64,000 nt of DNA from Mobula birostris (GCF_030028105.1 NC_092377.1:62402569-62466568); one strand, 5' to 3'; shown: positions 37,623 to 51,254, counted from the first letter of the stretch. Numbers and translations are program-made. Notes: generated by a model not told the origin, from the letters alone.

Positions 37623-37685
37623 TTAAAAGTTACTGGTAAGATTGTCTTCAAGGTTCAATGTCAAGCATCTGCAGCTTTTACAGTC
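37623..37685 (-). CDS. Uncharacterised coiled-coil protein, probable terminal coding exon
   Basis: ttttctttag|DCKSCRCLTLNLEDNLTSNF-stop; phase 0; CxxC motif. Confidence 0.55.
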   Translation of the reverse strand, partial: DCKSCRCLTLNLEDNLTSNF

Positions 37686-37729
37686 CTAAAGAAAACCAAC
37701 AAACTGAATAATTATTTGCAAATTGATTA

Positions 37730-39216
37730 AGTACATAGAAAGACAATACAGCATAGGAACAAGACACGAGTGATTGCAGATGCTGGAAATCTATATCAAC
37801 ACAAATGCTGGAGGAATTCAGCATATTAGGCGGCATCTATGTAGGAAAACAAACAGTTGACATTTCTGGCCAAGACCCTTCATCAGTTAGAAATGTTGAC
37901 ACTTCATTTTCCTCCTAGATGTTGCTCGCTCTGGTGAGTTCCAGCTGGAATTTTGTGACAGCACTGAAAAGGCACTACAGCACTCTATCTGTTCCAACAA
38001 TGATGAAGATATAGATTTCACATCTTCCTACACATGGTTTATAATCCCTCCGGTCTTGTATGTTCATGTCTCTCTGAATTGCTACTGTATCTGCTTCCTC
38101 CACCTCCCCTGGTGGCATGTACTATATTTATCTTACAAATATTCCCTCAAATCTCCTTTAAACTTTCTCTCTCGCACCTTAAATCAGGGACTCCCAATCT
38201 TTTTTATGCCACGGACTCCTACTATTAACCGAGGGGTCCATGGACCCCAGGTTGGCACCTCTGCCTTAAATCTATGCCTTCTCGAGTTTGACTTTCCACC
38301 CTGTGGTAAATCTACCCTGTCTACACTTCTCATATACTTCTACCAGGTCGCCCTCTGCCTCAGGCACTCCAGAAAGAACCGTACAACCTCTCCTTAGATT
38401 TCATACTCTCTAATCCAGCAATATTCTTGGTGAGTCTTTACTGCACCCTCATCAGCCTCCATGTCCTTCTGCAATACATGTCACCAAAACTAAACATAAT
38501 ACTCCAAATATGGTCAGACTAAAGTTTTATACAACTGTAACATGACTTCCCAACTTTTATGCTCGATGCCCTGACCAATGAAGCAAATATGCTGCATGCC
38601 TTCTTTGCCACTCACTCCACTTATTTTGCTATTTTGGGAGCTACGTATCTCAAGATCCCTCTGTCAATCAGTGTTCCCAAGTGCCCTAGCATTTACTGTA
38701 TATTTTCCTCCTGCAATTGACCTCCCAAAGTGTAACACTTTACACTTGATGAGACTAAACTTCATTTTCCATTTTTCTGCCCACAGTTCCAACTGGTCTG
38801 TATCCCCCTGTATCCTTTCGCAGAGTTGTGGATAATGAGGAAGATTGTCAATGTTTGTGTCATATGAAAACTTATTAAACAGCCGACCTACATTTTATGC
38901 AAATCGTTTATATGGAATCCTATGGAACACCACCGTTTAAAGACCTCCAAACAGAATTAAACCCATCCACCACTATCTCTATCTTCTATGACCAAGCCAA
39001 TTTTGAATCCAGGTATTAGCCTACCATAAGGAACCTTGTCAAATGCTTAACTAATGTACACACGTACAACTTCCACTGCCCTACTCTCACCAGTCATCTT
39101 TTTCACCTCCTTAGAAAAACTCAATCAGATTTGAAATACATGACATCTCCCTACACAAACCATGCTGACTAACCTTAATAACTCCATGCTATTCCAGAAG
39201 TGAATATATTCCATCT
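37730..39216 (-). mobile_element. Old CR1 fragment hosting nested insertions
   Basis: Degenerate CR1 RT and 3' UTR; resumes at 41878-41905 (revcomp GKLLEKIL). Confidence 0.7.
38185..38263. mobile_element. 79-bp hAT-type MITE
   Basis: CAGGG...CTCTG termini; 8-bp TSD CCTTAAAT at 38177-38184 and 38264-38271. Confidence 0.85.
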
Positions 39217-41869
39217 AGAAAATGAACTGTCAACGTTTCTAACAGCTACAGAAAGGGTGGGTAATGTAGCAGGATCCTCTTTTGAGTCAGTATGGTTGGA
39301 AGTCAGGAACAGGAAGGGAGCAGTTACTCTATTGGGGGTATTCTATAGGCCCCCTGGTAGCAGCAGAGATACAGAGCAGCAGATTGGGAGGCAGATTTTG
39401 GAAAGGTGCAAAAATAACAAGGTTGTTGTCATGGGTGACTTTAACTTCCCTAATATTAATTGGCACCTGATTAGTTCCAAGGGTTTAGATGGGGCAGAGT
39501 TTGTTAAGTGTGTCAAGGACGAATTTCTGTCACAGTATGTGGACAGACCGACTAGGGGGAATGCCATACTAGATCTAGTACTAGGTAATGAACCAGGTCA
39601 GGTCACAGATCTCTCAATGGGTGAGCATCTGGGGGACAGTGACCACCGCTCCCTGGCCTTTAGCATTATCATGGAAAAGGATAGAATCAGAGAGGACAGG
39701 AAAATAATTGGGGAAGGCAAATTACGAGGCTATAAGGCTAGAACTTGTGGGTGTGAATTGGGATGATGTTTTTGCAGGGGAATGTACTATGGACATGTGG
39801 TTGATGTTTCGAGATCTCTTGCAGGATGTTAGGGATAAATTTGTCCCGGTGAGGGAGACAAAGAATGGTAGGGTGAAGGAACCATGGGTGACAAGTGAGG
39901 TGGAAAATCTAGTCAGGTGGAAGAAGGTAGCATACATGAGGTTTGGGAAGCAGGGATCAGATGAATCTATTGAGGAATATAGGGAAGCAAGAAAGGAGCT
40001 TAAGAAGGGGCTGAGAAGAGCAAGAAGGGGGCATGAGAAGGCCTTGGCGAGTAGGGTAAAAGAAAACCCCAAGGCATTCTTCATTTATGTGAAGAAAAAA
40101 AGGATGACAGGAGTGAAGGTAGGGCCAATTAGAGATAAAGGTGGGACGATGTGCCTGGAGCTGTGGAAGTGAGCGAGGTCCTCAGTGAATACTTCTCTTC
40201 GGTATTGACCAATGAGAGGGAACTTGATGATGGTAAGGACAATATGAGTGAGGTTGATGTTCTGGAGCATGTTGATATTAAGGGAGAGCAGGTGTTGGAG
40301 TTATTAAAATACATTAGGACGGATAGGTCCCCAGGGCCTGACCGAATATTCCCCAGGCTGCTCCACGAGGCGAGGGAAGAGATTGCTGAGCCTCTGGCTA
40401 GGATCTTTATGTCCTCGTTGTCCACGGGAATGGTACCGGAGGATTGGAGGGAGGCGAATATTGTCCCCTTGTTCAAAAAAGTTAGTAGGGATAGTCCCGG
40501 TAATTATAGACCAGTGAGCCTTATGTCTGTGGTGGGGAAGCTGTTGGAAAAGATTCTTAGAGATAGGATCTCTGGGCATTTAGAGAATCATGGTCTGATC
40601 AGGGACAGTCAGCATGGCTTTGTGAAGGGCAGATCATGCCTAACAAGCCTGATAGAGTTCTTTGAGGAGGTGACCAAGCATATTGATGAGCGTAGTGCAG
40701 TGGATGTGATCTATATGGATTTTAGTAAGGCATTTGACAAAGTTCCACACAGTAGGCTTATTCAGAAAGTCAGAAGGCATGGGATCCAGGGAAGTTTGGC
40801 CAGGTGGATTCAGAATTGGCTTGCCTGCAGAAGGCAGAGGGTCATGGTGGAGGGAGTACATTCAGATTGGAGGATTGTGACTAGTGGTGTCCCACAAAGA
40901 TCTGTTCTGGGACCTCTACTTTTCGTGATTTTTATTAACAACCTGGATGTGGGGGTAGAAGGGTGGGTTGGCAAGTTTGCAGACGGCTCAATGGTTGGTG
41001 GTGTTGTACATAGTGTAGAGGATTGTCAAAGGTTGCAGAGAGACATTGATAGGATGCAGAAGTGGACTGAGAAGTGGCAGATGGAGTTCAACCCGGAGAA
41101 GTGTGAGGTGGTGCACTTTGGAAGGACAAACTCCAAGGCAGAGTACAAAGTAAATGGCAGGATACTTGGTAGTGTGGAGGAGCAGAGGGATCTCGGGGTA
41201 CATGTCCACAGATCCCTGAAAGTTGCCTCACAACTAGATAGGGTAGTTAAGAAAGCTTATGGGGTGTTCGCTTTCATAAGTCGAGGGATAGAGTTTAAGA
41301 TTCGCCATGTAATGATGCAGCTCTATAAAAATCTGGTTAGGCCACACTTGGAATACTGTGTCCAGTTCTGGTCGCCTCATTATAGGAAGGATGTGGAAGC
41401 ATTGGAGAGGGTACAGAGGAGATTTACCAGGATGCTGCCTTGTTTAGAGAGTATGCATTATGATCAGAGATTAAGGGAGCTAGGGCTTTACTATTTGGAG
41501 AGAAGGAGGATGAGAGGAGACATGATAGAGGTATACAAGATAATAAGAGGAATAGATAGAGTGGATAGCCGGCGCCTCTTCCCCAGGGCACCGCTGCTCA
41601 ATACAAGAGGACATGGCTTTAAGGTAAGGGGTGGGAAGTTCAAGGGGGATATTAGAGGAAGGTTTTTTTACTCAGAGAGTGGTTAGTGTGTGGAATGCAC
41701 TGTCTGAGTCAGTGGTGGAGGCAGATACACTAGTGAAGTTTAAGAGACTACTAGACAGGTATATGGAGGAATTTAAGGTGGGGGCTTATATGGGAGGCAG
41801 GGTTTGAGGGTCGGCACAACATTGTGGACCGAAGGGCCTGTACTGTGCTGTACTATTCTATGTTCTATG
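39217..41869 (+). mobile_element. Young 5'-truncated CR1 LINE (partial APE and RT, ORF 40151-41686), inactivated
   Basis: GVFYRPPG, MGDFN, SDH; long RT ORF; catalytic FADD changed to FADG; frameshifts; (TTCTATG)n tail; TSD TTCCATCT at 39209-39216 and 41870-41877. Confidence 0.96.
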
Positions 41870-42089
41870 TTCCATCTCCAAGAATCTTCTCCAATAACTT
41901 CCCTAAAATTATTGCAGGAAGGATCTTAAACACAAAGTAGTTGTTTAATTGAAATAGTGGGACTTCTGTTGTGAGGGTTAAGTTGAAAAGCTTAAGGAGG
42001 ATCTTGGCAAAGCTATTCAAAATTCATTAATTTTTCCTATTTCATCAAAACCTGTTTCAGTGGTAAGAGTGTTGGTACACTCATTTGTA

Positions 42090-42495
42090 GACCCCAATCA
42101 GTTCAGGTCAGCAACAACATCTCCATGATCTCCATCAGCACAGGTGCACCACAAGCTATGTACTTAGCCCCCTGCTCTACTTGCTTTACACCTATGACTG
42201 TGTGGCTAAGCACAGCTCCAATGCCATATTCAAGTTTGCTGATTCATGAGTCAAATCAAAGATGGTGATGAATCAGCATATATGAGGGAGATTGAAAATC
42301 TGGCTGAGTAGTGTTATAACAACAATCTCTCACTCAATGTCAGCAAGACCAAGGATCTCATTATAGACTTCAGGAGAAGGAAACCAGAGGTCCATGAGCC
42401 ATAATTTTTGCGTATGCCCACAAGAAAATTAATCTCAGGGATGTATATGGTGCCATATATGTACTTTGATAATAAAATTTACTTCAAACTTTGAA
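42090..42495 (+). mobile_element. Rex1/Babar-like RT fragment and tail
   Basis: STGAPQA.VLSPLLYLLYTYDCVA...FKFAD; NNLSLNVSKTK. Confidence 0.8.
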
Positions 42496-42755
42496 AATAC
42501 ATTTAAGATAATTAACAAAAGAAATTGAGGCAAGAAATGGAGATTAGATCTTCTAATTCATCCTTCTAATATTGGTGTTACCAGTAAAGTCAACATTTAA
42601 TACCCATTTCTTCCTCGACCAGTTGTAAATAGCAGGTGCAGGGAGACAGAGGAAAATTCCAGAAGATCCTAGATTCTAAAAGGCAAAACTCGAGTAATTC
42701 TACTGTACTAAGAAACCTACAGTAAAAGAGCTGATAATATCTTGCAAAAATATAC

Positions 42756-42861
42756 CTTTTTGAAAGATTGTTGGAATTGAAGTTTTTTTTGAAGTGTACT
42801 TGCTTCCTCTGTTAAACGTATTATTTCTTTTTTTAGTTCATGCAACTGTTGCTGACGTTCC
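42756..42861 (-). CDS. Uncharacterised coiled-coil protein, coding exon 5
   Basis: ag|G completes Arg, then ERQQQLHELKKEIIRLTEEASTLQKKLQFQQSFKK|gtatat; phase matches exon 4. Confidence 0.8.
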
Positions 42862-43239
42862 CTTTTAAGATCGGGAAAGCATATGAATAACGTACATTTT
42901 AAAGTGAAGAATCAAAGTTTTCTGAATTAGGCTGTCAATGCATTCAAAACATCTTTCCAACCAAAAGAAATAAAGCCCAAAGCTATGGAAGCAGACTGTA
43001 TTTGATTGGTTCAATATCTCTCAAACATCCATTTACAATATTCATATAATATCTCCATTATGTTATCAACTTTTCATGTGCAGAACTTCCTTTTTCCATC
43101 TTCCTGGTTTTTTCTTATACAAAAACACAGCAATATATTAAATATTGCTTCAAAGTATTATTAGTGTTAGATTTTCCTGAGGTATTTATCAACGTGAAGT
43201 TTAGAGCAAGCTATATGTTGTACTGTATGAATCATAAAT

Positions 43240-43850
43240 AGTTAGCAGGCAGGCCCAACATGTAGTTAAGGCAAATGGCACTGTATTTGCAAAGGGGTTA
43301 GAGTTTAAAGACAGGAAGCTATTGTTACAGTTATACAGCATGCTGGCAAGGCCTCATCTGGAATACTGTGCGCAACTTTGGTTTTCTTACCTAAAAAAAG
43401 TGTCACTGAGTGCAGTCCAAAGCAGAGTCACCAGGTTAATTCCTGGTAATGAAAGGGTTGTCCTACTAAGAGAGATTGGACAGTTTGGGTCTATATATTT
43501 CAGACTTAGAAGAATGAGGGGTGACCTTCACATATATGATCCTCGGAAGGCATGACGGGGTAGACATTGTGGTCTTTACATTGGAGGAAAAATCACAAAC
43601 GAGGCATTTCTGCAAAATAAGGGCTGTTTATTTGAAACAGATGAATTGAAATTTCTTCTCAGAGGATACTGAATCTCTGGATTTCTCTGCCCCAGAGCAT
43701 GTTGGAAATGGATAAATATTTGAAAGATGAAGAGATTACAGATTATGGGGAACTGGCCCAAAAGAGAAGCTGTCAGAGCAAAGATCTGCACAAATCATAT
43801 TGAATGCTAGGGCAGGTCTGAGGGGCCTGGACAGCCTGCTGCTATTCTCT
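43240..43850 (+). mobile_element. Old CR1 3' fragment
   Basis: LQLYSMLARPHLEYCAQLW; RRMRGDL. Confidence 0.8.
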
Positions 43851-43997
43851 TGGGTTAATTTGCATAAAGCAAAATATCTGACACAATTCCATTGAAGTGT
43901 TCTTTATTTTTGCTAATCATTTCATTCTTGCTTTCTGTATTGTTCTTTAAGTATACATTTTACTTTTCTCTTGTCCACTTTCTTTGCCTTGCTGTTC

Positions 43998-44445
43998 ATT
44001 TTACTTTACTTTATTGTCGCCAAACAATTGATACTAGAGCGTACAATCATCACGCGATATTTGATTCTGGGCTTCATGCTCCCTGGAGTACAAATCGATA
44101 GTAAATATTAAAAAATTAAATTATTTATCATAAATAGAAAATAGAAAAGGGTAAGTAAGGTAGTGCAAAAAAACCGAGAGGCAGGTCCAGATATTTCGAG
44201 GGAATGGCCCAGATCCGGGTCAGGATCTGTTCAGCAATCTTATCACGGTTGGAAGGAAGCTGTTCCCAAATCTGGCCGTATGAGTCTTCAAGCTCCTGAG
44301 CCTTCTCCCGGAGGGAAGAGGGATGAAAAGTGTGTTGGCTGGGTGGGTCGTGTCCTTGATTATCCTGGCAGCACTGCCCCGACAGCGTGTGGTGTGAAGT
44401 AAATCCAAGGACGGAAGATTGGTTTGTGTGATGTGCTGGGCTCCC
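43998..44445 (-). mobile_element. Rex1/Babar-like 3' end fragment
   Basis: LPSGRRLRSLKTHTARFGNSFLPTVIRLLN; (AAAGT)n tail. Confidence 0.85.
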
Positions 44446-45510
44446 CGAATTTCATAATAAATCCATACACACCCTTGCAAATTTCTTTTGTAATTAATTG
44501 TTTATAGTTATGGACAGCCTTGGATTCTCCCCTCCATCAACATACTCATTCTCCCAAGTAAATGTATTCCTACATTGAATAACTTCTCTTTAAATTCCAC
44601 TCATATTTTCAGATCAAAAATGCAATTAAAGGAATACAATGGGCCCAATCTATGCCCATCTTTATGTGAGATTGTGGATCGTAGAAATCATTTCAGGTCC
44701 CTTCTCTTAACTTTTAGTATTACATTGATGACTATTTTATGTTTATCCCTATATTCTTAAAGAATTCAAACTTTTCCTCACATTTGCCTCCATTTCTACC
44801 TTACTCTTATCAAAGTCAACAATTTTGTATAGTTCTTTTTCACTACTTGTACTAGAACAGGTAATTTCTACCATTACATTGCCCATCTACAAAATTAACC
44901 TAGTTTTTCCTGCTATTGTTTTCCAACATTCTCCTTTTCACTACAGTTCTCTGACATGCACCTCTTAGATTCTGCACATGCTGTGTATCACCTCAACAAC
45001 CCGGAAGCAGCCATTACTGTCCAATGATCATAAAGTGAACTAATCAGATTTTTTATTCAAAACAAAACATTGCAAGCATTAACTTGTGTAACACTGGGGA
45101 ATATAATAACAAATCAGGTTCACTATGAAATACTTTTCAATTTACCGATTTTTGACTACTACCTGAAGAAAGATGAAACAAAAAAATCCAAACTCCTTAA
45201 GTATACCATGTAATATAAATAACACAAACTTGGGAGAGTCTTAATCAAATTTTGTTCTCCGTTGTTACCATTGGGGAGATGTCACAATTGTTTTGGTGTT
45301 TCTATATGACAGTCTACAAACCATGAGCAAATGTAGCATTAGGTTTAATAGCATTATCTCCAACTTAGCAATATCTCTGTTCTAAGTTATTGCCCATGCT
45401 TACATATTTAGGGGAAACACCCAAAGATTGTTAGCACTAATGCAGACATACCCCAGCAGGACTTACTACCTCTAAAAGAATAAGGGAAAAACTTGCACAA
45501 GAAAAAATAC

Positions 45511-45626
45511 CGAGATTTTCCTTGTAGGATTTCTGAAACCTGTTGCTTCAGTTTTCTTATCTTCTCATCTCTACATGTGATTTCTGATGTATTTTCTCTT
45601 GTCATTGTAGCTATTTTTTCTTCATG
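45511..45626 (-). CDS. Uncharacterised coiled-coil protein, coding exon 4
   Basis: Follows an 88-nt intron: HEEKIATMTRENTSEITCRDEKIRKLKQQVSEILQGKS+CG|gtattt (phase 2). Confidence 0.85.
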
Positions 45627-45714
45627 CTATATTAAGCAAACCAAAAGCTTAGTAATTTTGGGATGAAGTGGATTTTGCATAGTCTTCTAAATAGCTGCAG
45701 TGAAATTAACTAAC

Positions 45715-45873
45715 CAACTTCTTGAGATGCTCAGTTTTTTCTTCAAATTCCCTTCTACACTCATGAAGACACTGCAACTTTCCTGCTGCCAATGCTTCAG
45801 CTTGTTTTAATCTTTCTTTTAACTGTTCATGGGATTGTTGTTCAAGTTTAACTAAATCATCGTATTCAGAAAT
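45715..45873 (-). CDS. Uncharacterised coiled-coil protein, coding exon 3
   Basis: ttttttcag|ISEYDDLVKLEQQSHEQLKERLKQAEALAAGKLQCLHECRREFEEKTEHLKKL|gttagt; 159 nt. Confidence 0.85.
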
Positions 45874-47114
45874 CTGAAAAAAAGGTCAACAGACTTATTT
45901 ATTTATTTCTAAAGAAAAACTCCAGTAAACGTTGCAGCCACTACTATTGGTACATTATGTCTGTATCGTGTAAATTGTACTCATACCTTCTGCCCAGTGA
46001 AATATATTTTACAATAGACTTCTTTCATTTTATCTTTTTATTTTCACTGCTCACCATCCTTCCACATAAGAAAAATGATTCACAATGGGTACTATTTGTG
46101 TGAAAACTTTTCCTAATAACCTCTAGTGTGTATAAGAATACAGGCAGTTTGTAGATTAGAACTATCACAGTTGAGTCTGACTTGCTTCACGAATCTTATT
46201 TACCAACAGGGATAACTGGTAATAATGAACACAGGAAACTCTAGCCCTTTTAACCCATTCTGACTAGCATATGATCCTAGCGTCAATCGTTCTGTGCAGC
46301 ATGGAAACAGTTCAACTTGTCCATGTTAACCAAGGTACTTAGCTGAACTAGTTCTATTTGCCTGCATTGGGCCCATAATCAAACCTTTCCAATCCATGTA
46401 TCTGTTTAAATATTGTAATTTTACCAGCCTCTACCTCTTTCCCTGACAGCTCATTCCATATACCCATAACCCTGTACAAACAAGAGCATTGATTTATTAA
46501 ACACAAACATAAAAATCAAAGAAAACTGAAACCATGGTTCTTCAGAGTCTAATTCAATTTGAACTACAGCACACAATGCATTTATCCATCAAACCGTCGG
46601 GAAAAAAAACTCATGCTATTTTTATCTGTCTAATTAAAACAAAGACAAAACAGTCTAGCAGAAGGAGATTTCTTTTTTTAAGTTAACCTTTTTTTCTCCA
46701 TGATAATAATAGCATATGTAATACCCAGGCTGAATCATGTTACATTGAGGTGGGGACAGCGTTCATCATTATACATTATTATCACAATAGTCTTTCCTAG
46801 AGTCTTTTTCTGTAGATTCTTCACACCTTTATACAATCTCTGAAGTTTAGGAGGATGAGAGTTAGCATATCTAGCAGATTTGACTGGATAGAAGCAAGAA
46901 GGGTGCTTACCCTAGGTAAGGAATCTAGAACTGGAGCATCAGTCTCAAAACAAGGGGTACACCAAAGTGGAAATATTTCTTAACTCAGAGTGGTGAAACA
47001 TTGCAATTCTCTGTCCTGGAAGGGTGTAAAAGCTTAAACTTCCATTGCATTCAAATCAGAGACCAATAGATTTCTGGATTTCAAAGAAATCAAGTAATTT
47101 AAGGTACTGCAAAA

Positions 47115-47139
47115 GTGTGTGTGTGTGTGTGTGTGTGTG
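47115..47139. repeat. (GT)n microsatellite
   Basis: About 12 GT units. Confidence 0.95.
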
Positions 47140-47928
47140 CACGCGCACATGACACACGCATGCTCAGGTCAGAGGGGTTTTGTTCATATTCAGAGGGTAG
47201 TGAACCTTTGAAATTCTCTGTTTAAATGGACCGTGTAGACTTGTTTCCTAAGCAGGTTCAAGACAATGATTAATCAACATCAGCAAGAAGGAAAATGCTA
47301 GAATGCTTGGTGATATGATTGAGGCAATAAAGAAATGAGGGGATTAAATAGAGTAGTTTGCAAGAAGCTTTTTCGTTTACCAGAGATCTTAAAAAAAATA
47401 GAGGATATAGATTTAGGGTAAGGGGTGAGCGATTTAGAGGGAATCTGAGGGGTTCCCTTTCAAACAAACAGTGGTGAATTCTGAAATACACTGCCGGAGA
47501 GAATGGTGGAAATCAAGTTATTGACAATATTTATGAATTGTCAAGACAAATACTTCAATCACTTAGGCATAGAAGCTTGGCAATGTATTTTGAAGATGGG
47601 CTTAAAATAGATGGGTGCTCACTAGTCATAGTAATGGGCTGAATAGCCTGTTTCCATGCTGTATGACTCAATGACTCCATATAGATAGAAGTATCAGATT
47701 CTTAATGAATATTTTGGTATTTCTTCCCAAAAGAGAGGTAAGCAATAGTTAAAGCAAACACATGTAAAATATTGGGTGGCATCTTTTCATCTTTGAAGGT
47801 GGATACATTGCTAAATCCAGATGAAGCGTGCCCTTGTCTATTAAAGGAAATTAGAGAGGAAACTGAAGGCCTTTATTACAGTATTTAATTTCTTGCAGTA
47901 TTGACAAATGTTATTATTTAGCACTTAC

Positions 47929-48060
47929 CTTCTGTTGCATTTGTTTACTGATATTGTTTATGGTTACTTCTTTTTCTTTTAGTTGTGATTTTAGCTGTGC
48001 ATTTTCTTTTTCTAGCATACTAATTCTTTCCATCAGTTGTTTTTGATCGTACGTGGGATC
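47929..48060 (-). CDS. Uncharacterised coiled-coil protein, coding exon 2
   Basis: ctgcag|DPTYDQKQLMERISMLEKENAQLKSQLKEKEVTINNISKQMQQK|gtaagt; 132 nt; heptad pattern. Confidence 0.85.
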
Positions 48061-48849
48061 CTGCAGATACATCCATGATTAGTTAATAAATTATTCTGAT
48101 AATCAGGATTTCTGAATGAACTCCCTGAAATGAATAAACCCCTGTAAGATTTATCCATGTAATTTCCAGGCTACTAATTAAGAGTGACTGAAGTTTTCTC
48201 AAATAGTAATAGTTGCTACCATTCACAGAATAATTAGCTCTGAATCAGTTAACTCCACTGACCTTCATACTATTCCATATTTTCAAATATTTACCCAATT
48301 AACATCAAATTATGATTGTGTTCCATCAGCCATGTAAATAAACCATTCATGTTCCTTTTTATAGAGGTACTTCCAAATATTTTCCCTTGAAATTGATTTA
48401 CCAACAATTTTTCAGAGGCCTTTCAAAACTTGTAACCTGAAGATATTGAAATTAACAATATACTTTTATTTTGTAGGCACAAGAGATGTAGATGTGGAAT
48501 CGCGAGCAAAATATAAGCTGCTAGGAACTGAGAGTAAATTTAGGGCCTTGAACCACAGTAATGACTATCTCTTTAGCTCCACAGATGCTGCCTGAAAGGC
48601 TGAGTTCCTCCAGCAGCTTTCTTTTGCTTTAATAAAGATTTCATGATAAAAAAAAAATCAGAGGAATACAACATACAACAAATTCATTTGAGGAAATGAC
48701 ATACATGTTGAAAACCTAAATCATTATTATGTTAATTATGTTAGCACTACAGTAACTGTATCAAAAGCATGAGCAGAAAATAGGTTCCAGTGTAACTAGT
48801 GCCCTAGTGTTGGTTCAAACTTTCAGATACCTGTATGTTTGTCCCACTG

Positions 48850-50985
48850 AAGCAGGGAAAGGATCTTAGGGTGAAGTTGACAAAAGTAGTGGAATATCTA
48901 GTCAAGAGGAAGAAAGAGGCTTAATTAAGGTTAAGGAAGCAAAAATCAGACAGGGCTGTAGGGTTAAAAGGTAGGCAGAAGGAGCTTAAGAATGGCTTTG
49001 GAGAGCTAGAAGGCATTGGCGAGTAGGATTGAGGAAAATCCCAAGGCATTCTACACGTATATGAAGAACAGGAGGGTGATTAGAGTACCAATCAGGGATA
49101 GAAGAGGAAAAATGTGCCCAGAGCTGGAGGAGGTTGGGGAGGTCCTTAATGAATATTTTGCTTCAGTATTCACCAGTGAGAGGGACCTTGACATTTGTAT
49201 GGACAGCATAGGCTGGAACATGTTGACATTAAGTAAGAGAATGTGCTGGAATTTTAAAAGGATATTAGGATAGATAATTCTCCAGGGCCAGATGGAATAT
49301 ATCCAAGGTTCCAATGGGAAGAAATTGCTGTTCCTTTGCTGAGGAACCTTGCATCCTCGCTGACCACAGGAGTAATAACAGATGATTAGAGGGTGGCAAA
49401 TGTTATTCCTTTGTTCAGCAAAGGGACTACGGGTAACCTTGTAAATAATAGGCAAATAAGTCTTACTTCAGTGGTGGGTAAATTATTGCAGAAGATTCTT
49501 AGAGGCATGATTTATATGGATTTGGAAAAGGATAGTCTGAATAGGGATAGAAAGCATGGCTTTTTGAAAGGCATGTTCTGCCTCACAAATCTGACTGTAT
49601 TATTTGAGGATGTGCAAAGTACATTGATGAAGGTAGAGCAGTGGATGTGGTGTATGTGGATTTTATTAAGGCATTTGATAAGCTTCCCCATGATAGGCTC
49701 ATTTAGAAATTTAGGGAGAATGGAAGTCAGGAAAACTTGGCTGTGTGGATTCAGAATTGGCTTGCCCATAGAAGACAGAAGGTGGTTGTAGTTGAAACAT
49801 ATTCTGCCTGGAGTTCAGTAATCAGAGCTGTTCCACAGGCATCTGTTCTGGGTACTCCTGCTTCTGAGATGACTTCCATAACTTGGATGGGGAAGTGGGA
49901 GGGTGGATTAGTAAGTTTTCAGATGACATGAAGGTTGGTGGCATTGTGGATAGTGTAGAAGTTTCATCGAGGCTTATCGGTGGGATGCAGAGCTGGGCTC
50001 AAAGGTGGTAGATGGAGTTCAAACCAGGAAAGTATGAAGTGATTCACTTTGGAAAGATGTATTTGAAGACAGAATATAGGGTTAATGGCAGGATTCTTAG
50101 CAGTGTGGAGGAATAGGGGGATTTAGATCCATAAATCCCTTTAAGTTGTTGTGAACGTTGATAGGTTTATTAAGTAGGCATTTGTATGTCTTCATTAGTC
50201 GGGGGACTGAGTTCAAAAGCTGTGAGGTAATGTTACAGCTTTACAAAACCCAGTTGGAATATCACTTCAGTTCCGGTTATTTATTTATTTAGAGATACAG
50301 TCTAGTAACAGGCCCTTGCATCCCAATGAGTCTGTGCCGCACAATTACACCCATATGACCAATTAACAGACTAACCCATACACCTTTGGGATTTGGGAGG
50401 AAACTGGAGCAGCTGGAGAAAAACCCACACAGTCACGTGGAGAATGTACAAACTCCCCACAGACAACAGCGGGAAATTAAACTGGGTCGCTGACGCTGTA
50501 ATAATGTTATGTTAACCACTACACTACCATGCTGCGTGCCCAAGGTTGCCTCATTATAGAGAATTTGCAAGTTTTACAGAGGGTGCTGAGATTTACGAGG
50601 ATGCTGCCTGGATTGAACAGCATGAATTATGAAGATAGGTTGAGCAAGCTAGGGCTTTTCTCTTGAGAGCTTTTTCCCTGGGTGGAAATGACTAATACGA
50701 AGGGGCATAATTTTATGGTGAGTAAGAGGAAAATATAGCAATGATGTCAGTGGTAAGTTTTTACACAGAAAGTGGTGGGTGGGTGGAATTCAATGCCAGG
50801 GTGGTAGTAGAAGCAGATACGTTAGGGGCATTTAAGAGACTTTTAGATAGACACATAGATGATAGGAAAATAAAGGGCTGTGTGGGAGGAAAGAGTTAGA
50901 TTGAACTTAAAGGAGGTTAAAAAGTAGGTACAGCTTTGTGAGCTGAAGGGCATATACTGTACTGTAATGTTTTATGTTTCAGATG
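48850..50985 (+). mobile_element. Degenerate CR1 LINE (RT to 3' end) with a nested SINE
   Basis: ASRIEENPKAFY; ISLTSVVGKLL; WIQNWL; VPQASVLG. Confidence 0.88.
50280..50544 (-). mobile_element. HE1/V-SINE-like tRNA-derived SINE inserted in CR1
   Basis: A-box-like tagtgtagtgg, degenerate B-box, (TAAA)n tail, GGTT duplicated at both junctions. Confidence 0.75.
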
Positions 50986-51254
50986 TGTTCTTTCTTGTAC
51001 AAATTGTGTACACATTGTTTTTATTGTGAATACTGAGTACATGATGCTATGTATGCATGATGCTGCTGCTGGTAAGTTTTTCATTGCATCTGGGCACATA
51101 TGTACTTGAGCCTATTACAATAAACTCAACTTTGAAGTCAGGTCAGGTGATTGCAAAACATCCTATGAAGTTACATTGAAGAATAGCAAGGTAGTTATTC
51201 TAGGTTCCTGGTTTATTCCTCAAATGGCATCATAATAGACAGCATTTGGGTTAT

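Noticed and set aside
40151-41686. Longest ORF (511 aa) as a host gene or active RT
   Set aside because: CR1 ORF2 fragment; 5'-truncated and frameshifted, with the catalytic Asp mutated
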